Positions 26,432 through 35,977 of a stretch of 39,699 bases of DNA are shown in pieces. Under the pieces are notes generated by a model. That model saw nothing but the letters and a program-made list of their open reading frames with translations, was not told where the DNA came from and did no database searches. The stretch's first letter is position 1. Each line of letters begins with the position of its first letter. This DNA comes from Phycisphaerales bacterium. Lineage in GTDB: Bacteria > Planctomycetota > Phycisphaerae > Phycisphaerales > UBA1924. The position numbers and the translations under genes are program-made. The stretch is taken from assembly GCA_028289195.1 (NCBI GenBank), contig JANQQR010000004.1, positions 1-39,699 on the forward strand. Direction: 5' to 3'.

Positions 26432-28057
26432 ATGACGCACTCAGGTCAGCCGTACATGAGTTCGGGGGGTAGCTCAGGAGGAGCGCCGGGACGTGCGTCC
26501 GCGTTGACACTCGACGCGGAGGGTTCTAGCTTGCCCTCGCCGCTCGGGGCTTCCGACTCGGGGCCTGCGGTTTCGGGTTCCGACCAGCACAAGACCCCGG
26601 CCGACGTGAACGACGAATCGAAGCTTCCGATGCCCGGAGAGTCCGAGCCAGGCGGCGCGCCTGCCCCGGCTGACCCCGGCGCTCATCCGTCTGATGATGA
26701 TGCCAGCAGCGGGGCGGTTCCAGACGACACGTTCCACCTGGTGACCGGGAAGGCCTCGTCCAAGCAGAGCGACGACAGCAAGTCCGGCTCCTCAGCCGGC
26801 GCCGGCGGCACGACGGTCGACAGCATGATCGGCCGTCTTGTGGTCGAGCTCGGCTTCGCCACTGCGGACGAGGTCAAGCAGGCCCAGGCCAAGCGCGGGG
26901 AATCCGACGCTGAAGCCGAGAACCAGCGCTCGCTGGCGCAGATCCTCGTCGACGACGAGTTCGTCACCAAGCGCCAGATCGAGCGCCTCCGCAAGCAGGT
27001 GGAAGAAGAGCGCAAGGGCCAGGCGATCTCCGGCTACAAGGTGATCTCCAAGCTCGGCGCCGGCGCGATGGCCACCGTGTTCAAGGCCAGCCAGCTGAGC
27101 CTCGACCGTTTGGTTGCGATCAAAATCCTGCCTCGCAAGTTCTCGAGCAACGCGCAGTTCATCGAGCGTTTCTACGCCGAGGGGCGCGCCGCCGCTCAAC
27201 TCAACCACCCCAACATCGTGCAGGCCTACGACGTCGGCCAGTCCGGCGAGTTCCACTACTTCGTGATGGAGTTCGTGGACGGATCGACCGTGCACGATGT
27301 CATCACGGCCAACAAGCGCTTCAAGGAGAGCGACGCGATCGACATCGCCATCAGCGTCGCCGAGGCGATGGAGCACGCCCACGAACGCGGGCTGATCCAC
27401 CGCGACATCAAGCCCAAGAACATCATGCTCACCAAACAGGGCCTGGTGAAGGTCGCCGACCTGGGTCTCGCCCGCGCGATCGAGGACAAGGACGCCGCGC
27501 TCGCCGAAGCCGGGAAGGCCTACGGCACGCCCTACTACATCAGCCCGGAGCAGATCCGCGGCGAGGTGCACATCGGCCCGCAGGCCGACATCTACTCGAT
27601 CGGCGCGACGATCTACCACATGGTCACGGGCAACGTGCCGTTCAACGGCAAGAACCCGACCGAGGTCATGCAGAAGCACCTCAAGTCGGCGCTCGTCCCA
27701 CCGGACCACGTGAATCCCACGCTGTCCGCCGGCTTCAGCGAGGTCATCGAGATGATGATGGCCAAGAGCCGCAAGAACCGCTACAAGGACTGCCGCGACG
27801 TGCTCGAGGACCTCCGCGCCGTCAAGAAGGGCGAGCGTCCCCCGATCGCGCACACCGAGGCCCCCGCGGCGGCGCTCGAAGAGCTGCTCTCGAGCGAAGC
27901 AGCGCAGAGCGCACCGGCGATCAAGAGCGTCGAGCCGACCAACGTGGGCCCGTTCGATCACCCCTCGGCCCGGCTGGTCCTCTACACCTGCATCGGCACG
28001 ACAGCGTTCGCGGTCCTCATGACCGTTGCCGCGCTCATCGGCTGGTTCGGGCGCTGA
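26432..28057 (+). CDS. Hanks-type Ser/Thr protein kinase with an N-terminal low-complexity and GspE-N-like region and a C-terminal TM anchor
   Basis: Kinase subdomains VAIKIL, HRDIKPKNIML, DLGLA, and GTPYYISPEQ. C-terminal hydrophobic LVLYTCIGTTAFAVLMTVAALIGWF. The start is uncertain (ATG 26330, 26432 or 26456). Confidence 0.85.
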   Translation: MTHSGQPYMSSGGSSGGAPGRASALTLDAEGSSLPSPLGASDSGPAVSGSDQHKTPADVNDESKLPMPGESEPGGAPAPADPGAHPSDDDASSGAVPDDTFHLVTGKASSKQSDDSKSGSSAGAGGTTVDSMIGRLVVELGFATADEVKQAQAKRGESDAEAENQRSLAQILVDDEFVTKRQIERLRKQVEEERKGQAISGYKVISKLGAGAMATVFKASQLSLDRLVAIKILPRKFSSNAQFIERFYAEGRAAAQLNHPNIVQAYDVGQSGEFHYFVMEFVDGSTVHDVITANKRFKESDAIDIAISVAEAMEHAHERGLIHRDIKPKNIMLTKQGLVKVADLGLARAIEDKDAALAEAGKAYGTPYYISPEQIRGEVHIGPQADIYSIGATIYHMVTGNVPFNGKNPTEVMQKHLKSALVPPDHVNPTLSAGFSEVIEMMMAKSRKNRYKDCRDVLEDLRAVKKGERPPIAHTEAPAAALEELLSSEAAQSAPAIKSVEPTNVGPFDHPSARLVLYTCIGTTAFAVLMTVAALIGWFGR

Positions 28058-28091
28058 GCGAAGCGCAGGGATCCCCGCGCCGGCGGCCCCG

Positions 28092-28559
28092 CTAGTCCAC
28101 GAGGAACATGAACTCGATCTCGACGGGCACGTTCAGCGGCAGCGTCGCCACACCGACCGCCGCCCGCGCGTGCCGACCCGCGTCGCCAAACAGATCGACG
28201 AGCAGCTCGCTGGCGCCGTCCGCCACCTTGGGGTGCCCGGCGAAATCGGCGGGTGCCGCCACGAAGACCCCGACGCGAACCACCCGGCGCACCCGGTCGA
28301 GCGACCGGATCTCCGCCTTCAGCGCCGCCAGGCCGTTGAGGACGCACTGGCGGGCACAGTCCCGGGCGAGCTCCATCGAGACCTCGTTGGGCACCGTGCC
28401 CGTCGCCATCAGCTCGCCGTTCCGGAACGGGACCTGCCCGCTGACGAACACCGGCACCCCGCTGGGGCACATTGCCGCGGGGACGTACGCCGCGACCGGC
28501 TTGGGCGCGTCCGGGAGTTCCAGGCCGAGCTGCTGGAGGCGTTCAGCGAAGATCGCCAT
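28092..28559 (-). CDS. RidA/YjgF/TdcF-family protein (reactive intermediate deaminase)
   Basis: MAIFAERLQQLGLELPD...and the C-terminal PARAAVGVATLPLNVPVEIEFMFLV, typical of RidA. Start set to ATG 28559, with a GGGGAA SD-like purine run upstream. Confidence 0.8.
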   Translation of the reverse strand: MAIFAERLQQLGLELPDAPKPVAAYVPAAMCPSGVPVFVSGQVPFRNGELMATGTVPNEVSMELARDCARQCVLNGLAALKAEIRSLDRVRRVVRVGVFVAAPADFAGHPKVADGASELLVDLFGDAGRHARAAVGVATLPLNVPVEIEFMFLVD

Positions 28560-28629
28560 GCCTGTTCCCCTTTTGATAGGCGTCGGGCCGGTCCCAAGTC
28601 TCGCGCGGCTCGCCGGAACCGGCGGTGGT

Positions 28630-28657
28630 TGACCCGCGTATCGACTTGGGTATCGTA
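28630..28657 (+). promoter_or_regulatory. Candidate sigma70-like promoter TTGACC-N16-TATCGT in the 414-bp RidA/DUF1559 divergent intergenic region
   Basis: The -35 is TTGACC (28630-28635) and the -10-like element is TATCGT (28652-28657) at 16-nt spacing. The -10 matches only 4 of 6 positions, so this is speculative. Confidence 0.2.
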
Positions 28658-28973
28658 CTGGGCCAACCAGTGGTAAGCGAGCGAGGACGACCTGCCGCAG
28701 CATGCATACGGCACGTTCTCATACCCAGTTGTTCGATTCACATCGATCAGCGGTAGGGTCGAAGACGCACGCACGCCGACAACCCGTTCCCTGACCGACG
28801 TGCCCTGCGGCAATCGCTCGGCATCAAGGTCAAGGCTCGCCTGAGACGCCCTCCCGGCGTCGCGGGTGTGTCTGCCTCGCTTGATCGTGCGTCATATCTT
28901 TCATTTCGACCCGCGTGAGACCCTCGGGATTGCCCCGCCGGTGTGCACGCAAAGGAAACGGAGACAACCCATT

Positions 28974-30017
28974 ATGAAGAGTGTCAGAACTCGCGGCTTT
29001 ACGCTGATCGAGCTGCTGGTGGTCATCGCGATCATCGCCCTGCTTATCGGCATCCTCCTGCCGGCCCTCGGTAAGGCCCGCAAGAACGCCCAGCAGATCA
29101 AGTGCGGATCCCAGGTCCGCGGCATCATGCAGGGCTGCCTGAACTGGGCCGCCGACAACCGCGAAGACTTCCCGCTTCCCTCGAAGCTGGACGTGACCAA
29201 CGCCACCGTGTCCGCGCAGGCCGACAAGAACCGCACGGGCAACATCTACTCGCTCATGGTCTTCAACCAGTCGCTGACTCCCGAGATCTTCGTGAGCCCG
29301 GCCGAGCAGAACGGTGCCATCCAGGTCCACTCGACCTACCAGTACGAGCAGCCGCAGGCCGCCGCGAACAACAAGGAGCTCGCGCAGTGGGACCCGGCCT
29401 TCGCGGGCACCCCGTTCGACTTCTTCGATTCCGATGAGAACCTCGAGGACGCCCCCGACGGCGGTATCGGCAACAACAGCTACGCCCACATGGCGGTCGG
29501 CGGCGCCCGCCGTCAGTTCTGGAAGTCGACCTTCAACTCGGCGCTCCCGATGGTCGCCAACCGCGGCCCGGTGTACACCAACAACGAAACCCCGATGTTC
29601 GAGTCCGGCGAGTCCTGGACGCTCACCGGTGAGGAAGGCGCGATCGGCTCGACCTCCCGCCAGTTCGACATCGACAACGGCGTCGGCTCGGTGACGCTGC
29701 TCATCCACGGCACCGACGCCCGCTGGGAGGGCAACGTTGCCTTCGGCGACGGCCACGTCGAGTACTCGCTCGATCCGGATCCCGCGACGGCCACGTTCGT
29801 CGATCGCCAGACCGGCGAGGACGCCCTCAACCAGAAGGACAACCTGTTCGTCGACGAGCAGAACGAGGGCCCGAGCAGCCAGGATCCCGAGAACAACCGC
29901 AACGCCTTCCTGGGCCTGTGGCGCAAGGGCATCCCGCTGAGCGACTTCAGCCGCGAAGAGCACATCGATCCGGGTACCGCGACGCTGCTGTGGTACGACG
30001 GCGATCCCAACCCGTGA
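28974..30017 (+). CDS. DUF1559 (H-X9-DG) protein with a prepilin-type N-terminal cleavage/methylation domain
   Basis: [36 protein letters not shown] is a type IV pilin-like N-terminus. The C-terminal [18 protein letters not shown] carries the H-x9-DG motif. GGAGA SD. Confidence 0.9.
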   Translation: MKSVRTRGFTLIELLVVIAIIALLIGILLPALGKARKNAQQIKCGSQVRGIMQGCLNWAADNREDFPLPSKLDVTNATVSAQADKNRTGNIYSLMVFNQSLTPEIFVSPAEQNGAIQVHSTYQYEQPQAAANNKELAQWDPAFAGTPFDFFDSDENLEDAPDGGIGNNSYAHMAVGGARRQFWKSTFNSALPMVANRGPVYTNNETPMFESGESWTLTGEEGAIGSTSRQFDIDNGVGSVTLLIHGTDARWEGNVAFGDGHVEYSLDPDPATATFVDRQTGEDALNQKDNLFVDEQNEGPSSQDPENNRNAFLGLWRKGIPLSDFSREEHIDPGTATLLWYDGDPNP

Positions 30018-30094
30018 TCGCTCGCGATCGACCCCTGTTCAATCAAGTTCCGTACGTCACAACCCGAATCCAACGACCCATCGGGAGTTCATTC

Positions 30095-31189
30095 ATGACT
30101 CATAGAAAGCACCGCGGGTTCACGCTGATCGAGCTGCTCGTTGTGATCTCGATCATCGCGCTGCTCATCGGGCTGCTGCTCCCGGCTCTCGGCCAGGCCA
30201 GAGCCAAGGCACGCCAGGTGAAGTGCGCGACCCAGGTCCGAGGCCTCCATCAGGGGTGCGTCGGCTGGGCGCAGGACCACCGCGATCGGTACCCGATCCC
30301 CGAGTTCCTCGACAAGGCCGATCTCACCGAAGAGAGCTCGACCGGCGGCGCCGAAGGCGGCAAGAACCGCACCGGCAACATCCTCTCGGTCATGATCTTC
30401 AACAAGATCATCTCGACGGACCTCTGCGTCAGCCCGTCCGAGGAATCGCCCAACATCCAGAAGCTCCGCGACGCCACCAACCTCAACCGCTTCGACGGCT
30501 TCTCCTACGCAAACCCCAAGTTCGCCAAGGCCGCCGAGGGCTCGCTGACCGGTGGCACCAAGGCGCTGTGGGATCCCGGCTTCCGCGGATCGCCCCTCGA
30601 CGACGTCTCCGACGACAAGATCTACGAGTACAACCAGAACGAGCCCACGCCCTTCGGCAACAACAGCTACGCCCACATGGCGATCGCTGCGGCTCGCTAC
30701 CAGGACTGGTCGGCCGTCAACTCGGTCTCGACCATCCCCGTGTGGTCCAACCGCGGCCCGACGTGGGACCAGCAGGCCCGCCCCGACAACCTCAGCGGCG
30801 AGTGGAAGCTCACCGATGACGTCCTCGGTGTCGAGTCCGACACGCTGCGCATCCACGGCGGCAAGGACACGTGGGAAGGCAACGTCGTCTACAACGACGG
30901 CCACGTCACCTACGAGACCCGACCGGATCCCGCCGAGCTCACGTTCCGCGAGGACGAGGACTCGACGCTCCGCGACAACCTCTTCATCGACGACGTCGCT
31001 GAAGAGACCTTCCCCTCCAACGATCCGGCGCAGCGCCGGAACGCGGTGATGAAGATCTGGAAGGCCGGCCTTCCCGACTCGATCGCCCGCAACTTCACGA
31101 CCCAGCCCAACGTTCAGGAGAGCTGGTTCGGTGGTCGCAACGGCGGCGAAGGCCAGTGGGTCTGGGTCGACGGCCAGGTCGGCGACTGA
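30095..31189 (+). CDS. DUF1559 (H-X9-DG) prepilin-like protein, tandem paralog
   Basis: [36 protein letters not shown]...[26 protein letters not shown]. Collinear with the upstream paralog. Confidence 0.9.
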   Translation: MTHRKHRGFTLIELLVVISIIALLIGLLLPALGQARAKARQVKCATQVRGLHQGCVGWAQDHRDRYPIPEFLDKADLTEESSTGGAEGGKNRTGNILSVMIFNKIISTDLCVSPSEESPNIQKLRDATNLNRFDGFSYANPKFAKAAEGSLTGGTKALWDPGFRGSPLDDVSDDKIYEYNQNEPTPFGNNSYAHMAIAAARYQDWSAVNSVSTIPVWSNRGPTWDQQARPDNLSGEWKLTDDVLGVESDTLRIHGGKDTWEGNVVYNDGHVTYETRPDPAELTFREDEDSTLRDNLFIDDVAEETFPSNDPAQRRNAVMKIWKAGLPDSIARNFTTQPNVQESWFGGRNGGEGQWVWVDGQVGD

Positions 31190-31225
31190 TCTCGCCACAG
31201 ACTCCCTCACTCAATCGCTATCCAA

Positions 31226-31261
31226 GCCGGCGCTCCCTCGCGGGGCGCCGGCTTTTGTTTT
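31226..31261 (+). terminator. Rho-independent terminator after the DUF1559 pair
   Basis: 8-bp stem gccggcgc/gcgccggc (extended by ccc/ggg inside) followed by TTTTGTTTT. Confidence 0.8.
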
Positions 31262-31289
31262 GCGATCGCCGGTTGTACACCCTTCCCCT

Positions 31290-32177
31290 ATGAGCCCCTC
31301 CGGGACGCACCACGACTGGGCCGAGGCCCTCGGAGCCGCGCTGGAGGACGAGCCGACCGACGCGCGGCGACTCGCCGGCGGCTGCGTCGGAGACGTGTAC
31401 CGCGTCACGCTGGCGTCCGGAGGCGAGCGGTGCGTGGTCAAGGTCGACGCCGGCGCCGATGCGCGCCTCGACATCGAAGGTGCGATGCTCGAACTGCTCA
31501 GCGAGCGGTCGTCGCTGCCCGTGCCGCGCGTGCTGCACTCGTCACCGGCGCTCCTGGCCATGGAATACATAGAGAACTCCGGATCCGGAACGAGCGACGG
31601 CGAGGAGGGGGCGGCGCGCCTCATCGCCGATCTCCACGCGATCGCGCCGGGCGCCGGAGAGTCCGGGTTCGGGCTCGGGTTCGACACGCTCATCGGCGGA
31701 CTCCACCAGCCCAACGCGTGGGCCGAGTCGTGGGCGCAGTTCTTCGCCGAGCGCAGGCTGTGCGAGATGGCCCGCCGATGCGCTGACGCCGGGCGACTCG
31801 ACCCTCGCACCGCCGCGCGCATCGAGTCGCTCGCGTCGCGGATCACGGATCTCGTGCCCGCGGACGCGCAACCGTCGCTCCTGCACGGCGACATCTGGGG
31901 TGGGAACGTGCTCTGGCGCGACGGCAGGATCGCCGCCTTCATCGACCCGGCGGTCTACTTCGGCCACGCCGAGATCGAGCTCGCCTTCATCACGATGTTC
32001 AGCACCTTCTCCCAGCGCTTCTTCGATGCCTACAACGAGCTCCGCCCCATCGAACCCGGCTTCTGGGAAGAACGCCGGGACCTCTACAACCTCTACCCGC
32101 TGCTCGTCCACGTCCGCCTGTTCGGTGGCGGGTACGCGGACTCGGTGCGCCGGACCCTCGGGCGGTTCGGCGCCTAG
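31290..32177 (+). CDS. Fructosamine-3-kinase family protein (aminoglycoside phosphotransferase-like fold)
   Basis: LLHGDIWGGNVLW and DPAVYFGHAEIELAF match the fructosamine kinase family signature. Start set to ATG 31290. Confidence 0.8.
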   Translation: MSPSGTHHDWAEALGAALEDEPTDARRLAGGCVGDVYRVTLASGGERCVVKVDAGADARLDIEGAMLELLSERSSLPVPRVLHSSPALLAMEYIENSGSGTSDGEEGAARLIADLHAIAPGAGESGFGLGFDTLIGGLHQPNAWAESWAQFFAERRLCEMARRCADAGRLDPRTAARIESLASRITDLVPADAQPSLLHGDIWGGNVLWRDGRIAAFIDPAVYFGHAEIELAFITMFSTFSQRFFDAYNELRPIEPGFWEERRDLYNLYPLLVHVRLFGGGYADSVRRTLGRFGA

Positions 32178-32225
32178 CGGGCGGCCCCGCGTGGCCCGAG
32201 CCGGCCGAGGCCTACACTTGGGGCC

Positions 32226-33902
32226 ATGCCGGCCCGCAAGGTCTATCTCGAAACGTTCGGCTGCCAGATGAACGAGCTCGATTCGGAGCTCGTGGCGACG
32301 CAGCTCCGCGCGCTGGGGTACGAATTCGTGCCGGCACCCGAGAGCGCCGACGTCGTGCTCTACAACACCTGCTCTGTGCGCGACCTCGCCGAGCAGAAGG
32401 TGCGATCGCGCCTCGGTGAGGTGAAGCTCCGCAAGAAGCGCGAGCCCGGGCTGGTGGTCGGTGTGCTGGGCTGCATGGCGGAACGCGACGGGGTCGACCT
32501 GATCAAGCGCATGCCGGTCGTCGACGTGCTCTGCGGCCCGGCCGAGCTCGACAAGCTCCCCGGCCTGCTCGACAACGCGGTGCGAACCAACGACGCCCGT
32601 CACACCGCCGACTCCGGGGCCGACCTGCGCTCGGCCAATCAGGTCGCCCTGCAGGGCGCCGCGTCGAGGCGCAGCTCGACGCTCGCGGCGGCCGGCGACT
32701 CGCTGGAGATGCTCGACCTCTCCCGAGCCGTGTCTCCCGAGGATCACAACGGCAGCGCGTACGTCCGCATCACACGCGGCTGCAACAAGTTCTGCACGTA
32801 TTGCGTCGTCCCGCACACGCGCGGCGCCGAGACCCACCGCCCGCCCGATCACATCGTCGAGGAGTGCCGGCGCCTGGCCGACGCCGGCGTCATGGAGATC
32901 ACGCTGCTCGGGCAGACCGTGAACCACTACCGCTACGAGCACGGGGCGGCCGTCTCCGTCGACGGTGTGCTCCAGCCTCAGAAGGGCCGGAGCTTCAAGG
33001 GCGGCCACCGGCGCGACCCGCTCGCGGGGGACCGCACGACGACGTTCGCCGACCTGCTCCGTCGCATCCACGACGAGGCGCCCTCGATCCGGCGACTCCG
33101 CTTCGTGACCAGCTACCCGCGCGACTTCGGCGACGATGTGCTCGAGGTCATGCGCGACTCGCCCCGGATCTGCCGGTACCTGCACGTCCCCGCCCAGACC
33201 GGGTCGGACCGGATGCTCAAGGCGATGAACCGCGGGTACAGCGTCGGGGAGTACCTCGAATTCATCGACCGGGCGCGGTCGTTCCTCGATGAGCCCGAGA
33301 AGGAGCGCCCGCTCATGATCGCGGGCGACATCATCTGCGGCTTTTCAGGCGAGACCGAGGAGGACCACCTCCAGACCGCGGAACTCCTCCGGCGCGTGCG
33401 CTACAAGAACTGCTTCATCTTCAAGTACTCGCCGCGCCCGGGCACGACGGCGTTCGATCGCCTCCCCGACGACGTCGCCGAGGCCGACAAGCGCCGGCGC
33501 GTCAACGAGCTGCTGGCGATCCAGCACGAGATCTCCGACGACATCGCGCGCCGCCAGGTCGGCTCCGAGCTCGAGGTGTTCGTCCAGGGCGTCAGCGCCC
33601 GCGAGCAGAAGCGCCAGACCGGTCGCAGCACCGGATCGCGGGCCGCGGGGAACGGGCACGGCGTGCAGCTGACGGTGGGGGGCGCCGGGCTCGACGGGGC
33701 GGACCCCCCGGGCGCCCCGGTCATCGCGGCCGAATCGGCGCCGGCCTCCGGCCCCGTCCAGATGACCGGGCGCACCGACGGCGACCTGATCGTCGTGTTC
33801 GATTGCCCGCAGGGCCGGAGCCCCGATTCGATGATCGGCACGTTCGTGCGCACCAGGATCACCCGCGCCAACACCCTGACGCTCTGGGGCGAGATCGTCT
33901 GA
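32226..33902 (+). CDS. miaB: tRNA-i6A37 methylthiotransferase MiaB (radical SAM, with TRAM domain), 558 aa with insertions
   Basis: N-terminal MTTase domain (KVYLETFGCQMNELDSE). Radical SAM CNKFCTYC. C-terminal TRAM-like region. Longer than the typical 440-480 aa because of Gly/Ala-rich inserts. Confidence 0.85.
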   Translation: MPARKVYLETFGCQMNELDSELVATQLRALGYEFVPAPESADVVLYNTCSVRDLAEQKVRSRLGEVKLRKKREPGLVVGVLGCMAERDGVDLIKRMPVVDVLCGPAELDKLPGLLDNAVRTNDARHTADSGADLRSANQVALQGAASRRSSTLAAAGDSLEMLDLSRAVSPEDHNGSAYVRITRGCNKFCTYCVVPHTRGAETHRPPDHIVEECRRLADAGVMEITLLGQTVNHYRYEHGAAVSVDGVLQPQKGRSFKGGHRRDPLAGDRTTTFADLLRRIHDEAPSIRRLRFVTSYPRDFGDDVLEVMRDSPRICRYLHVPAQTGSDRMLKAMNRGYSVGEYLEFIDRARSFLDEPEKERPLMIAGDIICGFSGETEEDHLQTAELLRRVRYKNCFIFKYSPRPGTTAFDRLPDDVAEADKRRRVNELLAIQHEISDDIARRQVGSELEVFVQGVSAREQKRQTGRSTGSRAAGNGHGVQLTVGGAGLDGADPPGAPVIAAESAPASGPVQMTGRTDGDLIVVFDCPQGRSPDSMIGTFVRTRITRANTLTLWGEIV

Positions 33903-33914
33903 GACTCGTGCGCT

Positions 33915-35435
33915 TCAGCCGCCCTGCGTGATGGCGCCCGATCTCGCGCTGACCCAGTCATCAGCGAGCTCGACGATCTTCTCTTCGATATCGCGGATGA
34001 GGCCGAGGCGGACGCTGTTGGGCTTCTCGTTCGTGATGATCGAGAAGATCGCCACGGTCTCGGCGTCGGGGCCGATCACGTACCCCGAGATCGCGGACAC
34101 GCCCGTGAGGTAGCCGGTCTTGGCGCGCACCTCGTTGTCGAGCGCGACGTTGCGGAATCGCTTGGACAGCGTGCCCTCGGCCAGCGTGGCGCTGGGAAGG
34201 CTCCGCAGGAAGTCGTCGAAGACCGCCTCGTCGTCCTTGAGCGACTGGAGCCACTCGGCCAGCAGCATCGGCGTGACCCGGTTCTCGCGGCTCATGCCCG
34301 ATCCGTCGGCGACGATCAGCGACTGCCCCGCGCTCGACCCGACCGCCTCGAGCAGCGCCATCCGCATGAGCGCCGCGCCGCTCGACCACGAGCCCGGCTG
34401 GCCGGTCATTTCGTACCCCAGGCGCTTCATGAAGCACTCGGCGTAGAGGTTGTAGCTCTTGACGTTGCACCGCGCCATCGCGGTCGCCATGTCGGTCTTG
34501 ACCAGGTGCACCACCCGCCCCGCTGAGAGGTCCTCGTTCTCGCCCGCGACGCGGACGGCGTGCGCCTCGATCCCCTCCCCGTTCAGCGCGGTCTGGAGCA
34601 GCCGGCCGGTAAACGTGGCGTTGTCGTGGAGCGCGACGTCAACCGGGTCGGTCGCCCAGCGCACATCGCCGTGCAGCGTGATCTGATTCGCCTCGAGCGT
34701 GCGCGCCGCCCAGACGGTGTGGTCGCCACGAGAGACGCTCTTGGCCCGATTGCGAACGTGCAGCCACGGTGCATCGGGCTCGGTCCGGATCATCGGGGGC
34801 TCCCCGGCACCCGCGGGGTCGGTGAAGATCGTCAGCACGTTGGTGTGGAAGTTGAGCCCCGCGACCTCGGCGCAGTACCAGCGATTGAGCTGCTGCACGG
34901 GCCACGTCGGGTGCACCCACTGGCGATCGAACACACGGTCGTCGACCACGACCTCGGCGACCTCAGTGAGCCCCGCTTCGCGCACGGCGCTGACCCACGA
35001 GTCGATCAGGTCCCCGGCCGTCATGCCCATGGCGTCGAGCAGCTTCGGATCGGCCAGGCCGGGATCACCGCCGCCGCGGATGACCACCCGGCCGCGTCGC
35101 CCGTCGCTGTCGGAGAACGAGTCGTCGACGAGGATCTCCGTGCGGAAGGCGAAGTCCGTGCCGAGGCGCTGCAGCGCGACCCCGCTGGTGATGAGCTTCA
35201 TGTTCGAGGCGGGGATGAACTGTTCGTTCGAGCGCTTGCCCGCGATCACGCGCCCCGTGCGACCGTCGAGCACGCACACGCCCATGCGGCTGGAGCGCAG
35301 GGCCGGATCGCTCAGCAGCTGGTCGATCCGCTGCTGCATGCTCTGCGCGAGCGTCGCAGGGGTGCAGGCTGCCGCGACAGCCGCCGCGAGCATCAGGCCG
35401 AACAGTCTCCGTCCGCGAGGCGCACGCTTGATCAT
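33915..35435 (-). CDS. dacB: D-alanyl-D-alanine carboxypeptidase/endopeptidase, PBP4 family (peptidase S13)
   Basis: Signal peptide. SxxK (SNMK), SxN-like (DGSGMS) and KTG (KTGYLTG) motifs in PBP4 order. GGAAGGAG SD 5 nt before the ATG. Confidence 0.85.
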   Translation of the reverse strand: MIKRAPRGRRLFGLMLAAAVAAACTPATLAQSMQQRIDQLLSDPALRSSRMGVCVLDGRTGRVIAGKRSNEQFIPASNMKLITSGVALQRLGTDFAFRTEILVDDSFSDSDGRRGRVVIRGGGDPGLADPKLLDAMGMTAGDLIDSWVSAVREAGLTEVAEVVVDDRVFDRQWVHPTWPVQQLNRWYCAEVAGLNFHTNVLTIFTDPAGAGEPPMIRTEPDAPWLHVRNRAKSVSRGDHTVWAARTLEANQITLHGDVRWATDPVDVALHDNATFTGRLLQTALNGEGIEAHAVRVAGENEDLSAGRVVHLVKTDMATAMARCNVKSYNLYAECFMKRLGYEMTGQPGSWSSGAALMRMALLEAVGSSAGQSLIVADGSGMSRENRVTPMLLAEWLQSLKDDEAVFDDFLRSLPSATLAEGTLSKRFRNVALDNEVRAKTGYLTGVSAISGYVIGPDAETVAIFSIITNEKPNSVRLGLIRDIEEKIVELADDWVSARSGAITQGG

Positions 35436-35608
35436 CCCGGCTCCTTCCGGATGTCACGAACTGGCTGGACGCACCGACGCTCCCACCGGATCCGTGGACC
35501 CCGAATAGAGGGTATCGGCGGGCGGAGGGCTGATCCTGAAACGCGGGGGCACGCCGGGCTACACTCCCCGCCCCAGTCGAGAACCCCACGCCCCGAGGAG
35601 CCGGATCG

Positions 35609-35974
35609 ATGGCAGAGGCCAAACCCCAGATCACGTTCGACGATTTCGCCAAGGTCGACCTGCGCGTCGCGACCATTCTCGAGTGCGAGCCTCATCCCAA
35701 CGCCGACCGGCTCCTCAAGATCCAGGTCGACGACGGGTCGGGCACGCCCCGGCAGATCTGCGCCGGAGTCAGGGCGTTCTACGAGCCCGCCGACCTCGTC
35801 GGGAAGAAGATCGTGATCGTGGCCAACCTCGCCCCGCGGAAGATCCGTGGAGAGGAGTCCAACGGCATGCTCCTGGCCGCCAGCGACGCCCCGAAGGACG
35901 ACCCGGAGGCCGAACGCAACGTCGTGCTCCTGACGCCGATGTCGGAGATCGAAGCGGGCGCGATCGTTTCCTGA
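35609..35974 (+). CDS. tRNA-binding domain protein (CsaA/Trbp111/MetRS C-terminal-like)
   Basis: DLRVATILECEPHPNADRLLKIQVD...KIVIVANLAPRKIRGEESNGMLLAA is the OB-fold tRNA-binding domain signature. GAGGAG SD. Confidence 0.85.
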   Translation: MAEAKPQITFDDFAKVDLRVATILECEPHPNADRLLKIQVDDGSGTPRQICAGVRAFYEPADLVGKKIVIVANLAPRKIRGEESNGMLLAASDAPKDDPEAERNVVLLTPMSEIEAGAIVS

Positions 35975-35977
35975 GGG

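Noticed and set aside
24622-26433. 603-aa minus-strand ORF opposite the flotillin-like gene. Similar cases lie at 5409..6977, 6547..8301, 7616..8719 and 33961..34470
   Set aside because: Each is antisense to a domain-bearing gene and has a Arg/Gly/Ala-rich composition. Artefacts of GC-rich DNA.
26330-26458. Alternative starts for the Ser/Thr kinase (ATG 26330 or 26456)
   Set aside because: None has a convincing SD. 26432 was chosen as a compromise (GAGGG 9 nt upstream). This affects only the low-complexity N-terminus.
28731-28739. GTTCGATTC, resembling a tRNA T-loop, in the long intergenic region
   Set aside because: The flanking sequence cannot form a 5-bp T-stem or an acceptor stem. No cloverleaf is present.
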